Part shown: positions 29,067 to 42,830 of the stretch, one piece after another | Layout: the number at the start of each line of letters is the position of its first letter | Position numbering within the stretch: position 1 is the first letter of the stretch | Origin: Eledone cirrhosa | Taxonomy: Eukaryota | Length of the DNA stretch: 64,000 nucleotides | NCBI GenBank assembly: GCA_964016885.1 | Contig: OZ024740.1 | Location: forward strand, 210,738,001 to 210,802,000 | Direction of reading: 5' to 3' | Program-made: the position numbers and the translations under genes | The notes under the pieces: model-generated | The model's input: only the letters and a program-made list of their open reading frames with translations | Told to the model about the DNA's origin: nothing | Databases searched by the model: none

Positions 29067-30216
29067 GAAACGAAATGAATGAAACGAAATTTCATTTCTC
29101 ACTCTTAGTACGGCACTTACTTAAATGTAAGTATGTAAGTATGTATACGTACATACATATATGTATACAGACGTACAGTAGTATGTATATATATATACAT
29201 ACATGCACACATATATATATGCACGTATCGGTTTACCGAACATTTATTATAATGCTCGGTTTTTTGTTTGTAAACAAACAAACAGCCCGAATTACGCCGT
29301 ACAGTGTTTAGGCAACCACGTCACCTTTTTGTTCAACATTGACACAGGAACGATGTACTAGTTTCAAGCTTATATACACACAAACACACATACACACAAA
29401 CACAAGACAGCGTCGGTTGAAGCAAGCAGAATTTTGGGTGCTTACTAAATAGTAGACACATAAAAAGATAACACACACACACACTAGATAACACTACATG
29501 CAGCTTTGACCGGGAGGGTCATTTAGAGGGAATGAGGGGGGGGGGGGGGTAAGGCTGCACAGCCTCACTTTCCGCCATGGCGATTGGACTGCATGCCCTG
29601 CTTTCCAGGTTACCCTTCGCCACTGATATATATATATATATATATATATATGTTTACAAAGTTCGCCATTGTGATACAGCTTGTTGCATGACCGAACATA
29701 AAAGATATGTTGATAAGTCGTGATATTTTCAACTACTACGAATGACTTTCTAACCTTTTCTGCAGTGACGTTGTGTATAACGAACACGTTTATAGGTTAT
29801 AAAACTATGACTAAGCCTAAGGTAAATAGGCCATAAGTGTCATTTGAAGTCACACCCTCTCAGTGCATGAGAGGAAAGGATTTATAAATAGATGAGGTGG
29901 AAGCTGTTGTACACTGCAAGATATCACGCCTATTAAGAAGAAATATCACGGGAATCTCGTACTTTACAGTCTAAACTTCTTCTTCTTCTTCTTCTTCTTC
30001 TCCTAAAAACAAATACGTGACGGTCCAGTTCATTTTAGTTTTTGTGAAGTAATTAATATTCAGTAAAGAAGATAAGAGGTAATTTACTGCCCACTCTTAT
30101 GTAGGTTTAGGTCCAGGGATCGAACCTATACTTTATGAACGTAAGTTTAATATCCTCACCACTAGGCCACACACCTCCTCACATAATATTCAGTAAACTT
30201 TGGTTGATTGTCATTA

Positions 30217-30425
30217 TCGGTAGAGCGTCGGAGAACATACTTCGCAGCATAGAGTTATGGCCCTTTACGTTCTCAGTTCAAATCCCGCCGAAGTTAGCCT
30301 TGTTTTTCCTCCTTACGGAATCGATAAAATAAGCACCAGCAATGCACTGGAGGCGATTTGATCGACTTTCCCTTTCCCTTCAAATTGCTGGCCTTGTGCT
30401 TAAAAAAGTAGAAACAATTATATTA
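30217..30425 (+). mobile_element. Diverged SINE copy
   Basis: B-box-like gttcaaatccc and 3' end tgctggccttgtg...gtagaaacaatta. Confidence 0.75.
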
Positions 30426-31059
30426 TTGATTAAGTTTTCAGGTTCGAGTTAGGGTTTGTGTTATTCAGTTGTTCTATGATTTCAGTTTTTAGTTAGAGTA
30501 ATGTTCCTTTCTTATTTCCAATATGAACATGTGACCACATATTAGGGTCCTTAGCACCGGACATATTTTTACAAAAATCAGGTTGATCCGTTTGGAACAT
30601 TTTTCCTGATACAGGCTGGTAATGTTTTGAAATTTATAGTTGTGTTTAAAATGACTTTCAGTATGAACATGATCCACGTTTTGAACGTACGTGCAAAAAC
30701 CAAAACGAATTGATGGCTCTTCCAGCGCGTCTCCCTCACCATCATCCGGGGACGCGCCTTCTCTATTCTGTCCGTCGGGGCATCACGTGGGCCCCCATTT
30801 GCTCATAATAGTGAGAGATGGGGAGAGCGGGAGATACGGAAACAGTGACAGTTTGTTTCTTTTGTGTTCGGACCTGACATATATATATATATGTGTGTGT
30901 ATAAGAGAGAATGAGCCTCAAAGTTGTTTCCTGTTACTAGTGTATGTAACTCTTCTACCACTTCGGTCAATATATTTAATCCCATTTCTAAGGAAATACA
31001 CTGACTATTACTACATTGAACCACAAAGTATTTGATTTGAAAAATATCTCTTTCGGTCC

Positions 31060-31745
31060 GTAACGTATGGTGTACCCATATGTAACATAAGTTGTGAACA
31101 TGTATGGTATACCCACATGTCATATATGTTGTGGACATGTATGGTATAACCACATGTATGGGGTACCAATATGTAACATAAGTTGTGAACATGTATGGGG
31201 TACCTACATGTCATATATGTTGTGGACATGTATGGTATACCCACATGTATGAGATACCCATATGTAATATAAGTTGTGAACATGTATGGTATATCTACAT
31301 CTAATATAAGTTGTGAGCATGTATGGTATAGCCACATGTAATATATGTTGAGATCATGTATGGTATACCCACACGTATGGGGTACCAATATATAATATAA
31401 GTTGTGAACATGTATGGTATACCCACTTGTAATATAAGTTGTGAACATGTATGGTATACCCACTTGTAATATAAGTTGTGGGCATATATGGTATAGCCAT
31501 ATGTAATATGTGTTGTGAACATGTATGGTATATCCACATGTAATATATGTTGTGAACATGTATGGTATACCCACATGCAATATATGCTGAGAACATGTAT
31601 GGTATACCCACATGTAATATATGTTGTGAACATGTACGGTATACCCACATGTCATATATGTCGTGAACATGTATGGTATACCCACATATCATATATGTTG
31701 TGAACATGTATGGTATACCCACATGTAATATATGTTGTGGACATG
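31060..31745. repeat. 37-bp minisatellite (ttgtgaacatgtatggtatacccacatgtaatatatg) with longer variant units
   Basis: gaacatg anchors 37 bp apart (e.g. 31517, 31554). Confidence 0.93.
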
Positions 31746-31809
31746 TAAAATGATAATTATTTATCGGTTTTCTTTATTTTTTCCCTTTTGTTTTTAGAAA
31801 CAGTTAATA

Positions 31810-32048
31810 TTGTTTTCTGATTTAAGCACAAGGCCAACAATTCTTTATTTTTTGGGGGTTGGGGTGGGGGTTGGGAGACGATTAAATCGACCCCAGTGTA
31901 TTACTGGTACTTTATTTTATCGACCCGTAAGATTGAAAGGCAAAGCTAATCTCGACAGGATTTGAACTCAGATCATAAAGGGTCGTAACTCTATGCCATG
32001 AAGCATGTTGTCCGATGCTCCACCGATTCTATTGCCAATCCACCACCC
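31810..32048 (-). mobile_element. SINE copy (longer subfamily)
   Basis: Shared core and tRNA-like head. Confidence 0.8.
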
Positions 32049-32739
32049 CAGAAACAGTTAACATTAACTTTTATTTCATCAATGAATATTGGTTGGTTTC
32101 AGATATATGGCGGGGTGGTGGTTTGTGTTTTATCAGTAGCACTCTGGGGTAGGGGCACAATTTTTTGCTGTGGCAATCTTCTGTTCTTGTAGTCCTTGCC
32201 GCTTTAGACCGATTAAACCCCAAATAAAAAGATACGTCTACATTTCCATCTTAACAATGCTTTCCAAGGGAGCTCCTACATAGGCGTTCGACCTTCTATA
32301 AAGAGAAGCCAATTTTTCTATTTACTTAAAACAAAGGTGTGTCTAGCCTTCAAATATATACTTGTTTTCGCATCAGTCACCTTGAAATGGAAAATCGTCT
32401 TACGTGTACAGTCCCATAACGGAAATTAAGAAACCATGCACTTTGTGTACACATGAGGTTTATCACGTTATTCGCTTATAAACAATTCATAAATAAGCAA
32501 TCAGAAAAAAACACACTACATGTTATAAAACATATATTTATCATACAAGAAATAATAAGTTCTATTGTTTATTTATTACTTTCATTTCCTCATTGTTTTT
32601 ATTCCACTTAAACTGCTCTCAGTTATATTTATAAATTCACGAATTTGAACAATACACTGCCCATCACGTGTACTTTCTCTCAAATTCTCACTTCTTCATT
32701 CTCTCTATCTTCCGTCATATTTCATCATAATGAAGACAA

Positions 32740-32936
32740 TAACTCACAACAACCACAGATTGACAAACAGACAAACAAACATATAAACAAATGAATATAG
32801 ATCTAAGTGTGAGGAAAACCTATTCCTGAGTCTAAAGAACTCACATGCCAAGTTTGAACACGATTGGTCCTCTTGTTTTTAAATGCATTGGAGACAAACA
32901 GACAAACAAACGAGCTATTTTATATAGAGAGAGATA
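32740..32936 (-). mobile_element. Possible Helentron/HINE-like terminus
   Basis: (acaa/acag) repeats, tgccaagtttgaacacgattgg and terminal ttttatatagagagat resemble non-autonomous rolling-circle element ends. Confidence 0.35.
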
Positions 32937-32943
32937 TATACAT

Positions 32944-33320
32944 TATGTCAGGTCGCTCTACCTGTGATGGTTGGGTCGTCGGTGACTAAACCGGCAACTA
33001 CACCAAACTTTGTGGTGAGGAAGGTGATTTTGAACACCCTGCGAGATGAAAAACAAAACCCGTCAAAGGGCGAAGGAACTCAGGAGAGTCAACGCCCATC
33101 CAGTAAATTATTTTTTTTATTGATAGAGAGACTCCTAGTCTTCATTAAGACGTCTCTGTATGAGAAGGTCACTCTGATATAAAACCTACGACTTTGTTTG
33201 CAATACAATGACCTTTTGGGGTAAATGCATTCGATGTTCAGAGAGTGGGATTGGCTCCATGCAAAGACTTTCCTCACTTCAACAAGTTTCAAGCACAGAC
33301 ATCGCTTGATATGTGACATC
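32944..33320 (+). mobile_element. RTE-like 5' UTR-derived element
   Basis: Colinear with 9699-10120 (tatgtcaggtc, gactaaac.ggcaac, aaaacaaaacc.gtcaaagg, actctgatataa, gagagtggga.tggct). Confidence 0.6.
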
Positions 33321-33689
33321 TATATATATAGAAACAAAATAATTCACAAGCACGTACACACACACAAACACACAGAGAAGCACGAAAACCTTAATTATTA
33401 TCAATTTTATTTAGTGTTAATAGCTGTCAATGTATAAACAAACTTCCTTTTTATAAGGATATAGATAGATATGTATACATATATAACATAATACATATAT
33501 ATGTATATATATATATACATACACACATTAGGATTGGTTCTCTGAAATAGCGATGTATACATGAATGTATGTATAGTATATTTGGCAATATACCGTATGT
33601 TTAATTAAAAACACTCAGAAGACCATACGATATCAGTTTTAAAGTAGTGACTATGTCACTTACTTCTTTTTGGCGAAAGAAGGGAGAGA

Positions 33690-33731
33690 AGTTGACAGTC
33701 TGTTTCACGCTGGCTGGCGTTCATCAGAGCC
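33690..33731 (-). ncRNA. Hammerhead motif, weak stem I
   Basis: CTGATGA-acgc-cagcca-gcgt-GAAAC-agact-GTC; related degenerate copy at ~17045-17087 (+). Confidence 0.55.
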
Positions 33732-34307
33732 ACGTACTCCCTTGCTTTCACCGAAAATTATAGAAGCTGGATTCTTATAGAATTCCAGTAATAATCAGGA
33801 GCTGATTATACAGAGCGATTCCTGGTCCAGAAAAAATTAGGTATTAGGATTGGTGCTCTGAAATAGCGATGTATACATGAATGTATGTATAGTATATTTG
33901 GCAATATTGACTATTCGATCTCTTGGCGAAGGATTTCGACAGCGCCCGCATACCAGAATATGGCTCTTTCAAGAATTTGTCATCTCTGTATCGAAGACAT
34001 TTTTCATATAACTACCTATCCTAATAATACTATAAACAAAAAGAAAGAAGTATTTAATTCTTGTTTGCATCGATCCTCCAAGACTTTTAAAAGTATCTAT
34101 AATCTATAGAAAATATTATTATATACTGCCTTTATATCTTGCCCAGTTACAATTTATATGTATTCGCTTGATTTTGTGGGTGTTTTTAATGATATGTTTA
34201 AAGGTATTTTTGATGGTTTTTGAACATTTTTCTAAAAGTTTTTATAAATCTTTTAAATGCATACATTCAAATACTTAATATCATCAAATTTATACATAGA
34301 TATAATT

Positions 34308-34489
34308 AATTATTTCTACTTTTGGCACAAGGCCAGCAATCACCCAGTGCATTACTGGTACTTTATTCTATCTACCCCGTAAGGATGAAAGCAAAGTTAA
34401 CCTTGGCGGGATTTGAACTCAGACCGTAAAGGGACGTAACTATGCTGGAAAGCATGGCGTCCGACCTTCTACTGATACTGCCAATCCCC
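34308..34489 (-). mobile_element. SINE nested in a Penelope-like 3' region
   Basis: Matches the consensus. Confidence 0.88.
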
Positions 34490-34890
34490 CATATATTCAA
34501 TGCTATTAAAATCTATACATAAAAAAGTTTTTATCCTTTTACCAATATCTGGAACATATGTAATATATGATGTTCTAAAATCATATATAAAATTTTGCAT
34601 ATACTATAATTAGAATATAATTTGAAATATTAGACTAAACGCTAAATATAACTATATCTTTAAATAACTTAACTCCATAAACTAATAAAAATTAGAGTTA
34701 TCTTTTCCTTTGATAAAAACTTGTTGACATCTAAACTTTACGGGACATTCAAACTTTATATAAATATTAAAAAAATGTTTAACATATCCTGTTTTCATAT
34801 ATAAAGGAATTTATAACTATTTATCTACTAAATAAATAAATTATATATTCACCATAACTATTTATATATACAATTAATCTCTTATAATAT

Positions 34891-35075
34891 AATTGTTTCT
34901 ACTTTTGGCACAAGGCCAGCAATTACTCAGTACATTACTGGTACTTTGTTTTATCGACCCCGTAAGGATGAAAGGTAAAGTTAACCTCGGCGGGATTTGA
35001 ACTCGCATTGTAAAGGGACGTAACTGTGCTGGAAAGCATGGCGTCCGTCTTTCTACCTATACTGCCAATCCACCT
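34891..35075 (-). mobile_element. SINE nested in a Penelope-like 3' region
   Basis: Matches the consensus. Confidence 0.88.
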
Positions 35076-35600
35076 TCCTATACGGAAATATACTTATAAC
35101 TACAATCTTCTTAATATTAAAACACACCCGTAGAATACATCCAATCGTATATATAAAAATAAACTATCTTTCACATATTGAATTAATAGTCTCTCACTTT
35201 AACACATTTATTTATAATTCACACATTATATTATAAATACCTCCAAAATATATAATTAAATAAATAAAAATAAATATAATTATTTCATTCTTTCTACACC
35301 CTTGCAAATATGTGCAGACACTTATATACGTACATTGCTATACATATTATGTAAGTAGCTTTAAATATTTTTTTCTTAAAATCTTTTCTTCCACCTTAAT
35401 AGTAACCTCTCTTTCCTTTTCTTGTTAAGAAATAATTATAATAATTATTTAAATATACCTAGCGTCTAAACAGTTTTTTATTTTTCAGTTTTAATGTTAT
35501 CCTCATTAACATATTCATCTCGAGGTTTGAAGTTTTATTCACTATTTACATAGAACTCATAACATTAAGTTCATATGATATCTGTAAACCAATTTTTGTA

Positions 35601-35656
35601 TTTTATCTGATGAGGGCGTACTAAAATACTGGTGACCTTGAAATATATATAATAAA
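35601..35656 (+). ncRNA. Type I hammerhead ribozyme motif
   Basis: ttttat-CTGATGA-ggg...cctt-GAAA-tatata-TA-ataaaa; perfect 6-bp stem I. Confidence 0.7.
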
Positions 35657-35810
35657 ATAAATATGGTTTTATAAAGATAGTTTCCATTTGTTAATATTAT
35701 TGATATTATACTCCAGAAAAATTCTGTGGAGTGCTTCTAATCTGTTATAAATTAACTTTGTTGAATAATCAACAAATTAAATAACTCATTGTTTATAATA
35801 TATATATAGA

Positions 35811-35851
35811 CTGAGCTGAGGATCCGAATAAGGTGAAACATTTGTTCTCGG
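35811..35851 (+). ncRNA. Minimal type I hammerhead motif filling half of an ~80-bp insert in (TA)n
   Basis: ctgag-CTGAGGA-tccgaataaggt-GAAAC-attt-GTT-ctcgg. Confidence 0.7.
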
Positions 35852-35885
35852 TATGGTGAACTAACTGTTGTGGAACTACTTATAA

Positions 35886-35937
<52 letters not shown>

Positions 35938-36164
35938 GTGGGAAAGTAAGAAATCGGAAAATAGACCGTTAAAACATGTTTATTTAAAACAACACCTACG
36001 TACGTTTCGCCCAGTTGCCGGCACTAGTATCGAGCACCTTTGGCATACGCTACCTGGCAAATAACTATATGTATCACCTATCCTCCCCTTTTTTTCTCTC
36101 TCTCGATACGTAAATACTGTATATATAATATAGATTAACAATGAATCTAATCGATCTTGACTGA

Positions 36165-36360
36165 TATTTCTTAACTCTTGATATGTGTTAACTATGATTT
36201 GTATTAACTCTTGGTATGTGTTAACTATGATTTGTATTAACTATGATACGTATTAACTATGATTTGTGTTAACTATGATACGTCTTTACTTAAATATGTA
36301 TTAACTAGGATTTGACTTAACTATGATTTGTCTTAACTATGACTTGTCTCAACTTTGATG
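36165..36360. repeat. Degenerate ~16-bp tandem repeat (ttaactatgatttgtg)
   Basis: Repeated ttaactatgat units. Confidence 0.8.
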
Positions 36361-36442
36361 CTTTTAAAAAATTGTTTGTTTTATCTTAGCGTTAACAGGT
36401 TTTGAATGTATTAATGGTGGTATGTCTTATATTTACTTGCAG

Positions 36443-36660
36443 ACTATGTTGATGTGACGTACATGGGTAGTGATAAAGACGTGAACAACGGCAGTAGCAG
36501 TCGTGGTGGAAACATCAGTGAAAGTTTGGCGTTCAATGTGACCACTACAACGACATCAATCAGCCTCAATCTTAGCAGGAGCCAAATCTCACTGAAAGAC
36601 CATGAGATCTTCGTAGCACGTGAGGGGCAACTGTTTAAAGAGAAAATCAACAGTATTCAG
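36443..36660 (+). CDS. Candidate internal exon of a host gene; extracellular, possibly FN3-like
   Basis: Acceptor tttacttgcAG, donor cag|GTaggg; 218-bp open frame [72 protein letters not shown] with four N-glycosylation sequons; no TE motif recognised. Confidence 0.5.
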
Positions 36661-36833
36661 GTAGGGACCCATGTTAAACTTAGAGAGAGAGAGAAAGAGA
36701 GAGGGAGAGAGAGAGTGGGAGAGAGAGAAATAGAAAAGAGAAAAGGCAAATGGATGCGCGCGCATTCTATTACTCTACTACATTGTTCCAGCCGACAGAC
36801 TGAAGCCATGCTCGGGCACATATATGTTTATAT

Positions 36834-37220
<387 letters not shown>

Positions 37221-37221
37221 A

Positions 37222-37309
37222 AAAGTCACACTCGTTCAGCGCATCGGTAGGAGTTCTCCTACATGGATATAAAGTAGTGGCCGTACTCGAAAACGAGTTG
37301 GCAGCCACC
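37222..37309 (+). mobile_element. 88-bp RTE-like 3' tail inserted in (TA)n
   Basis: Near-identical to 10221-10308. Confidence 0.8.
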
Positions 37310-37332
37310 ATATATATATATGTGTGTGTATG

Positions 37333-37383
<51 letters not shown>

Positions 37384-37397
37384 TATATGTATTATAT

Positions 37398-37461
<64 letters not shown>

Positions 37462-37771
37462 ATATCTTTATATTCATATGTATGTATATATCTTTATATA
37501 TGTGTATGTATATATACATATATATCATAAGGACTTTTTGCCTGACGGTTAAGCTTTTAAACTTCTACCATTTATACACCCCCCACGCGCACACACACAC
37601 ACAAACGCACACACACACACACATACACACATATATATATATCATGTGATTGCATGTATATGCGTGCGTGTGTGTATGTGTGTGTAAGTATATATTCATA
37701 TATGCGTGTATTAACATAGATGTTCATACTCTGTTAAATACAAAGAAACAATAGGGCAACAAACACTATAT

Positions 37772-38045
37772 AATGGCTTCTGACTGAGGCACAAGGACAA
37801 CAATTCCGGAGGAGGGGAAAGTCGATTAAATCGACCCCAGTTTGTGACTGGTACTTTATTTTATCAACCCGATAAGGATGAAAGTAACTGAGTTCAAATC
37901 CTGTTGATGTTAGCTTTGCCTTTCATCACTACAGGATCGATGAAATAAAGTACCAGTGATGAACTTGGGTCGATTTAATTGACTTTCCTTGCTCCCAGAA
38001 ATGTTGACATTGGCTTTATTTTGTGCCCGAATCAGAATCAATTAT
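37772..38045. mobile_element. Two head-truncated SINE halves in opposite orientation
   Basis: Minus copy ggcacaagg...aaggatgaaag followed by plus copy gagttcaaatcc...tgtgcccg. Confidence 0.7.
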
Positions 38046-38056
38046 TATTATTAGTT

Positions 38057-38098
<42 letters not shown>

Positions 38099-38101
<3 letters not shown>

Positions 38102-38285
38102 TGTTTCTACTTTAGGCACAAGGCCAGCAATACCCAGTGCATTACTGGTACTTTATTTTATCGACCCCGTAAGGATGAAAGGCAAAGTCAACCTCGGCGG
38201 GATTTGAACTCAGATCGTAAAGGGACGTAACTATGCTGGAAAGCATGGCGTCCGACCCTCAACCGATACTGCCAATCCACCGCCC
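38099..38285 (-). mobile_element. Full-length SINE within (AAT)n
   Basis: Matches the consensus; (AAT)n on both sides. Confidence 0.9.
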
Positions 38286-38458
38286 TTATAATAATAATAA
38301 TAATAATAATAATGTTTTCTTTATTAACCACAAGGGTTTACATAAAGTAGACATTAAGGACAGTACAGGACAATACAGGACGGTACAAATGGGCATTTCT
38401 GCGGAAAATAATAATAATAATAATAATAATAATGATGATGATGATGATGATGATGATG

Positions 38459-38550
<92 letters not shown>

Positions 38551-38563
38551 AATAATAATAATA

Positions 38564-38972
38564 AACTGGAACACAATAGACCTGACCTGGTGGTTGTGGA
38601 CAAAGAAAAAAGATCGTGCCTGATTGTGGATGTGGCCTGCCCATTCGACACGAGAGTGCAAGAGAAGGAGAGGGAGAAAATTAACCGATACCAAGACTTA
38701 AAGTGGGAGGTAAAAAGGATTTGGAACTGCCATGAAGTCAAAGTGATCCCGATTGTCATAGGCGCACTAGGGACTATCTCCAAAAGTTTCCAGGGATGGT
38801 TAAAGAAAATCGGCCCCTTCACGCTTTTTGGAACGCTTCAAAAGGCATGCTTGCTGGTAACAGCAAGAACCCTCCGATACGTCCTGAATATCTGAGGCTG
38901 CAGGTAGTGGCTTGATATTCATTCCAACAAACTTTCCAGTTAACTAACATCAATGACTGAGACTCAAGGAGT
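38564..38972 (+). mobile_element. R4/Dong-like RLE retrotransposon 3' fragment
   Basis: HNRPDLVVVDK...IVDVACP...EKINRYQDL...VIPIVIGALG...LQKACLL.TARTLR; begins and ends in (AAT)n. Confidence 0.9.
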
Positions 38973-39034
38973 AATAACAATAATAATAATAATAATAATA
39001 ATTATAATAATAATAATAATAAAACAAAAAAAAA

Positions 39035-41420
39035 AACCCGTAACCAAGAAATACCAGGATCGCGGCCGGCGAGGAATAGCCGTGTCTCTAGGGGAGGACG
39101 ACCCCTCTAGTCTTGGTTGACACTCGTCCTAGGAGCGGTAACACGAAATGATTACCCCTTGGCGGATAAAACGCAACAAAATAAAGCCAATGTCAAATGA
39201 TAAAATCTCATACCGGATCGGCCGTCACTCGGGTCAAAAAGGGCCGCGTTCCTCAGAGAGGAACCAGACTGGGGTCGAAAATCAGCTAATGGTTCAAACC
39301 TTCCCATCAATTCGGAGCTGGAGACCTCCCATAACTGGAATACTCCTACTGTTGGCCCTCCATGCCCACCACCAATAAATCCAAAGAAAAAAGAGAAAAT
39401 GGTCAAGGGAAGACAATAAAGAAGTCCTTGAGGCTTTCTACACTGCCATGTACTACTCATCAAATAGATCGAATACAGAAAAGACGTATATCAACTGGAA
39501 AAAGAAACACCCCGAAAACAGAGGCTATATTGACAGTAACAAACTAGCTAATATACGAAGAAATATTGTTAAGAAAAAGTTACTAACTGATATAGAAATT
39601 GATCAGATCAAGCAATTAGCGCAAAATCAGCGACGGGAAAATGAAACATGTGTTAATGAAAAGAAAGTAAATTGTAACACTTTAAATCCCAGGGTCAGGG
39701 CGGAATCACTGACAGCAGAGCAAATTAAAGAAAGGATCGAAAAAGTGGAAGGAGTGCATGCTCAAGATGAAACTCAAAATGAAAACAATGAGATCATCAA
39801 TGATAAAGAAATGAATGTGAATGAACTGGCCAACTTGAAGAATGAAATTATGATCGAATGGATGAAAATGAAAGAATCTGACATGGGGGAACGAGACACT
39901 CTCCCTAAGATCCAGAACTCCAAACAAAACCAAAGGATAATACACAAGACTAACATAGCTCTCAAAAACATTATCATCACAAATAAACTAAACATTACTG
40001 ATCTAAATCATCTCTATTATGTATCGGCTAAAGTCACCGCTCACTTATGTGGAGTGAAAATGAAAAAACAAAGGAATTCCCACAAAAACCCTACTTGGCA
40101 AGAGAACATCAATCGCCAAATAAACCTTCTCCGATCAGACAGAAATTTTAGCAAAAAGTAGGTGAACATGTTAAACAAACTAAACTCAGAAAATTGAAAA
40201 AAAAATACCATATAAAATCAACAATTGACATAGACATGCTGATAGAAACAATCAAGCAAAAATTGTCGGTCAAAGCTGCTCGTATAAGACGCTTTGAAAT
40301 ACGCTCTAGATTCTATAAGGACAATAATATGTTCAAAAACAAAAATTGGCAAGTCAACAATAACTGCTACCCAAGGAGGAAGTGCAAGAATTCTGGGAAA
40401 AGATCTGGGCCGAAGAAAAAGTTCATAATATACATGCCCCATGGATAGACAGACAAATGAAAGAAACAGCTCACCTTGAGGAACAAACATGGGAAAATAT
40501 AACAGTTGAACATCTGCGTTTAGCTCTTAGAAAATCCAGCAAATGGAAATCCCCAGGGAAAGACAAAATACCAAATTTTTGGATAAATGCTGTTAGCCCA
40601 ACTTTACAATGAAATGATTAAGGACCCAGAAAAGATACCACCATGGCTAGTTAACGGCATTACATTCCTACTTCCGAAGAATGATGAGACAAATAATAGA
40701 TGCAACCCATTATGCCGTGTATGTAAAAAAACAACCAGAGACCATTGATCATATAATTTCAATGTTCAGCCCTATAGCTCCAACTGAATAGCTAAACAGG
40801 CACGACAGAGCTGCACAATACATACATTGGATAATGTGTAAGCATTTTGACCTGCCCCATCAAAAGAATTGGTGGGAGCTTCAACCACTTCCCGTACTTG
40901 AAAAAGATCACATCTCAATCTTGTGGAACTTTAACATCCAAACAGACCGAAAAATAGATGCAAATAGATCTGATATAATACTGAAGGACTTTAAAAAGAG
41001 GGTATGCCTGCTAATTGATATGTCCGTTCCAATAGACAAGAATGTATCTATAAAAACAATTGAAAAATTGAGCAAGTATAAAGACCTTGAAATAGAAATT
41101 GGAAAAATGTGGAAGTTGAGAATTAAAACAATACCAGTGGTTGTAGGCGCTCTAGGAATGATACCTAAGGGGTCTAATGATTACTTATCGCAAATCCCAG
41201 GAAACCCGTGTATAGAAGAAATACAAAAGATAGTACTAATGGGAACTGCCCATATACTAAGGAAGATTCTGTCAATATAAATACATCATAGATCTAATCA
41301 CCTAAAGATACATGTATGTGTGTATGTGTTCTTTCTTGAACATGGCGGACCTTGTTGTCTCTTTAGGTCACTGGTTGTGACTTGGAGATAACTTGTATGA
41401 ACATAAAGCAGGATAAATGA
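39035..41420 (+). mobile_element. R4/Dong-like element with intact ends and internal RT deletion
   Basis: N-terminal REKWSREDN..., FWEKIW, WKSPGKDKIPNFWI, WLVNGITFLLPK, then directly CRVC..DHII..RHD and RLE ANRSDIILKD...IDMSVP...KYKDL...GALG; ends in (AAT)n. Confidence 0.9.
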
Positions 41421-41437
41421 AATAATAATAATAATAA

Positions 41438-41958
41438 CAGAAAAAGAAAATGGTACAAACACACACCAGAAAAAGTGTCAAAGAATGACAAAGCAACCAT
41501 TCTCTGAGATATGCCAATAGATACAGACAGAGAGATCAAGGCCAATCGACCACATATTATAGTCAAAGACCACAAAGAAAAAAAATGCCTTCTAATAGAT
41601 GTATCTATCCCCATAGACTACAATATATCTTCCAAGGAAATAGAGAAACTCTCTAAGTATAAAGATCTAGAGATAGAAATAACTCGAATGTGGAAAATGA
41701 AAACAGAAACAATACCTATAGGTGCTCTAGGAATGATTAAAAAAACACACACTTACAAATATATAGCCCAAACCCCAGGACTTACAAATATATACAACAT
41801 ACAAAAGATAGCGCTACTAGGCACTGCACACATATTACGTAAAGTACTATCACTACAAAAGAAACAACATCAGCAAAAACTACACTACACATACCCAAGG
41901 CGTACAGAACTGTGTTCCGTAAAGTAGTAATGATGCGCCAAAAAAAAAAAATAATGGA
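41438..41958 (+). mobile_element. Third R4/Dong-like 3' fragment
   Basis: WYKHTPEKV...TDREIKANRPHIIVKD...IDVSIP...KYKDLEIEI...GALG...LGTAHILRKVL. Confidence 0.9.
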
Positions 41959-42789
41959 AATAATAATAATAATATACATATTTGATGGACTGTTTTCTTT
42001 TGTAGGGTGTAGAGAGGTGTTACCAAGACAAGGAAAATGGTGCTGTGGTTATTGCACTTCCTGCGGAGCCTTCTGGCACCACATTTGAACTGGTATGTGC
42101 AAGTTACTTTTGATCTTTATATATACATATATACATTCAAAATAGAGAGCGAACAGGACAAAGACAATGGAAAAACAACGGAAAGGCGGATAATCCTATA
42201 TCCTCAGTCAAACTCTGGAAATCACAACGGTTTCGGTATATTAATGTTGATACCCTTCATTTCCAGTGCTCATTATATGTATGTGTATATGTATACCCGA
42301 GGGTAGGCTGACAGGTTCATAGACTGACTATGATGGGGTGATGCTAGAGCTGTGAAATGTAGCAGGCATTAATTTCAACTCTTCTTATTAATAACAGCAT
42401 TGCTTCTTCTCTGGGATTATGTTGAAAAATAAACCTCATTTGGTCATTCCATGAGAGTATCTTGGTCAGCCTGTGCATATATATATTGTATTAATCGTTA
42501 TTTTATTATATGTATAATTTGTGCCTTCGGTCGGTTCTCTTGGTGTCAAATTTTATAACTATAGTGTTTAACTCTGGATTTAATATTTGTTTTTAACTTT
42601 CGATCCATTGAGTGCTCTGTGATTGCCTCAAAACAAGTCGAATAGTACTTTCTGTACTTCAGCTAAAGTTCGATTTACCAAACCACAAACCCTCCATCTC
42701 AATTATACATTTGAAAAGAACTGTGAAACCGGTAAAGGAAATAAATAAATATTCTTAAAAATACTCCAGTTGCATTTTCGACTTTTTCT

Positions 42790-42825
<36 letters not shown>

Positions 42826-42830
<5 letters not shown>

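Larger units (their letters stand above)
33528..35795 (+). mobile_element. 5'-truncated Penelope-like element with long AT-rich 3' region and two nested SINEs
   Basis: GIY-YIG end W..ISTAPAY...CHLCIED...INKKKEVFNSCLHR (33885-34109). A 62-bp 5' direct duplication (33528-33590 / 33845-33907); pLTR with hammerhead at 35601. Confidence 0.75.

Noticed and set aside
32193-32336. Possible second host exon (ttcttgtag ... aag|gtgtgt)
   Set aside because: All three frames contain a stop between the putative splice sites.
35995-36012. Hammerhead at cgaaacgtacgta (minus); likewise half motifs at 14720, 23865 and 28805
   Set aside because: Only the GAAAC..UH half is present; no CUGANGA partner was found.
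38233-38895. 220-aa ORF with poly-N/poly-D as a real fusion gene
   Set aside because: A chance read-through of antisense SINE, (AAT)/(GAT) repeats and an R4 3' fragment.
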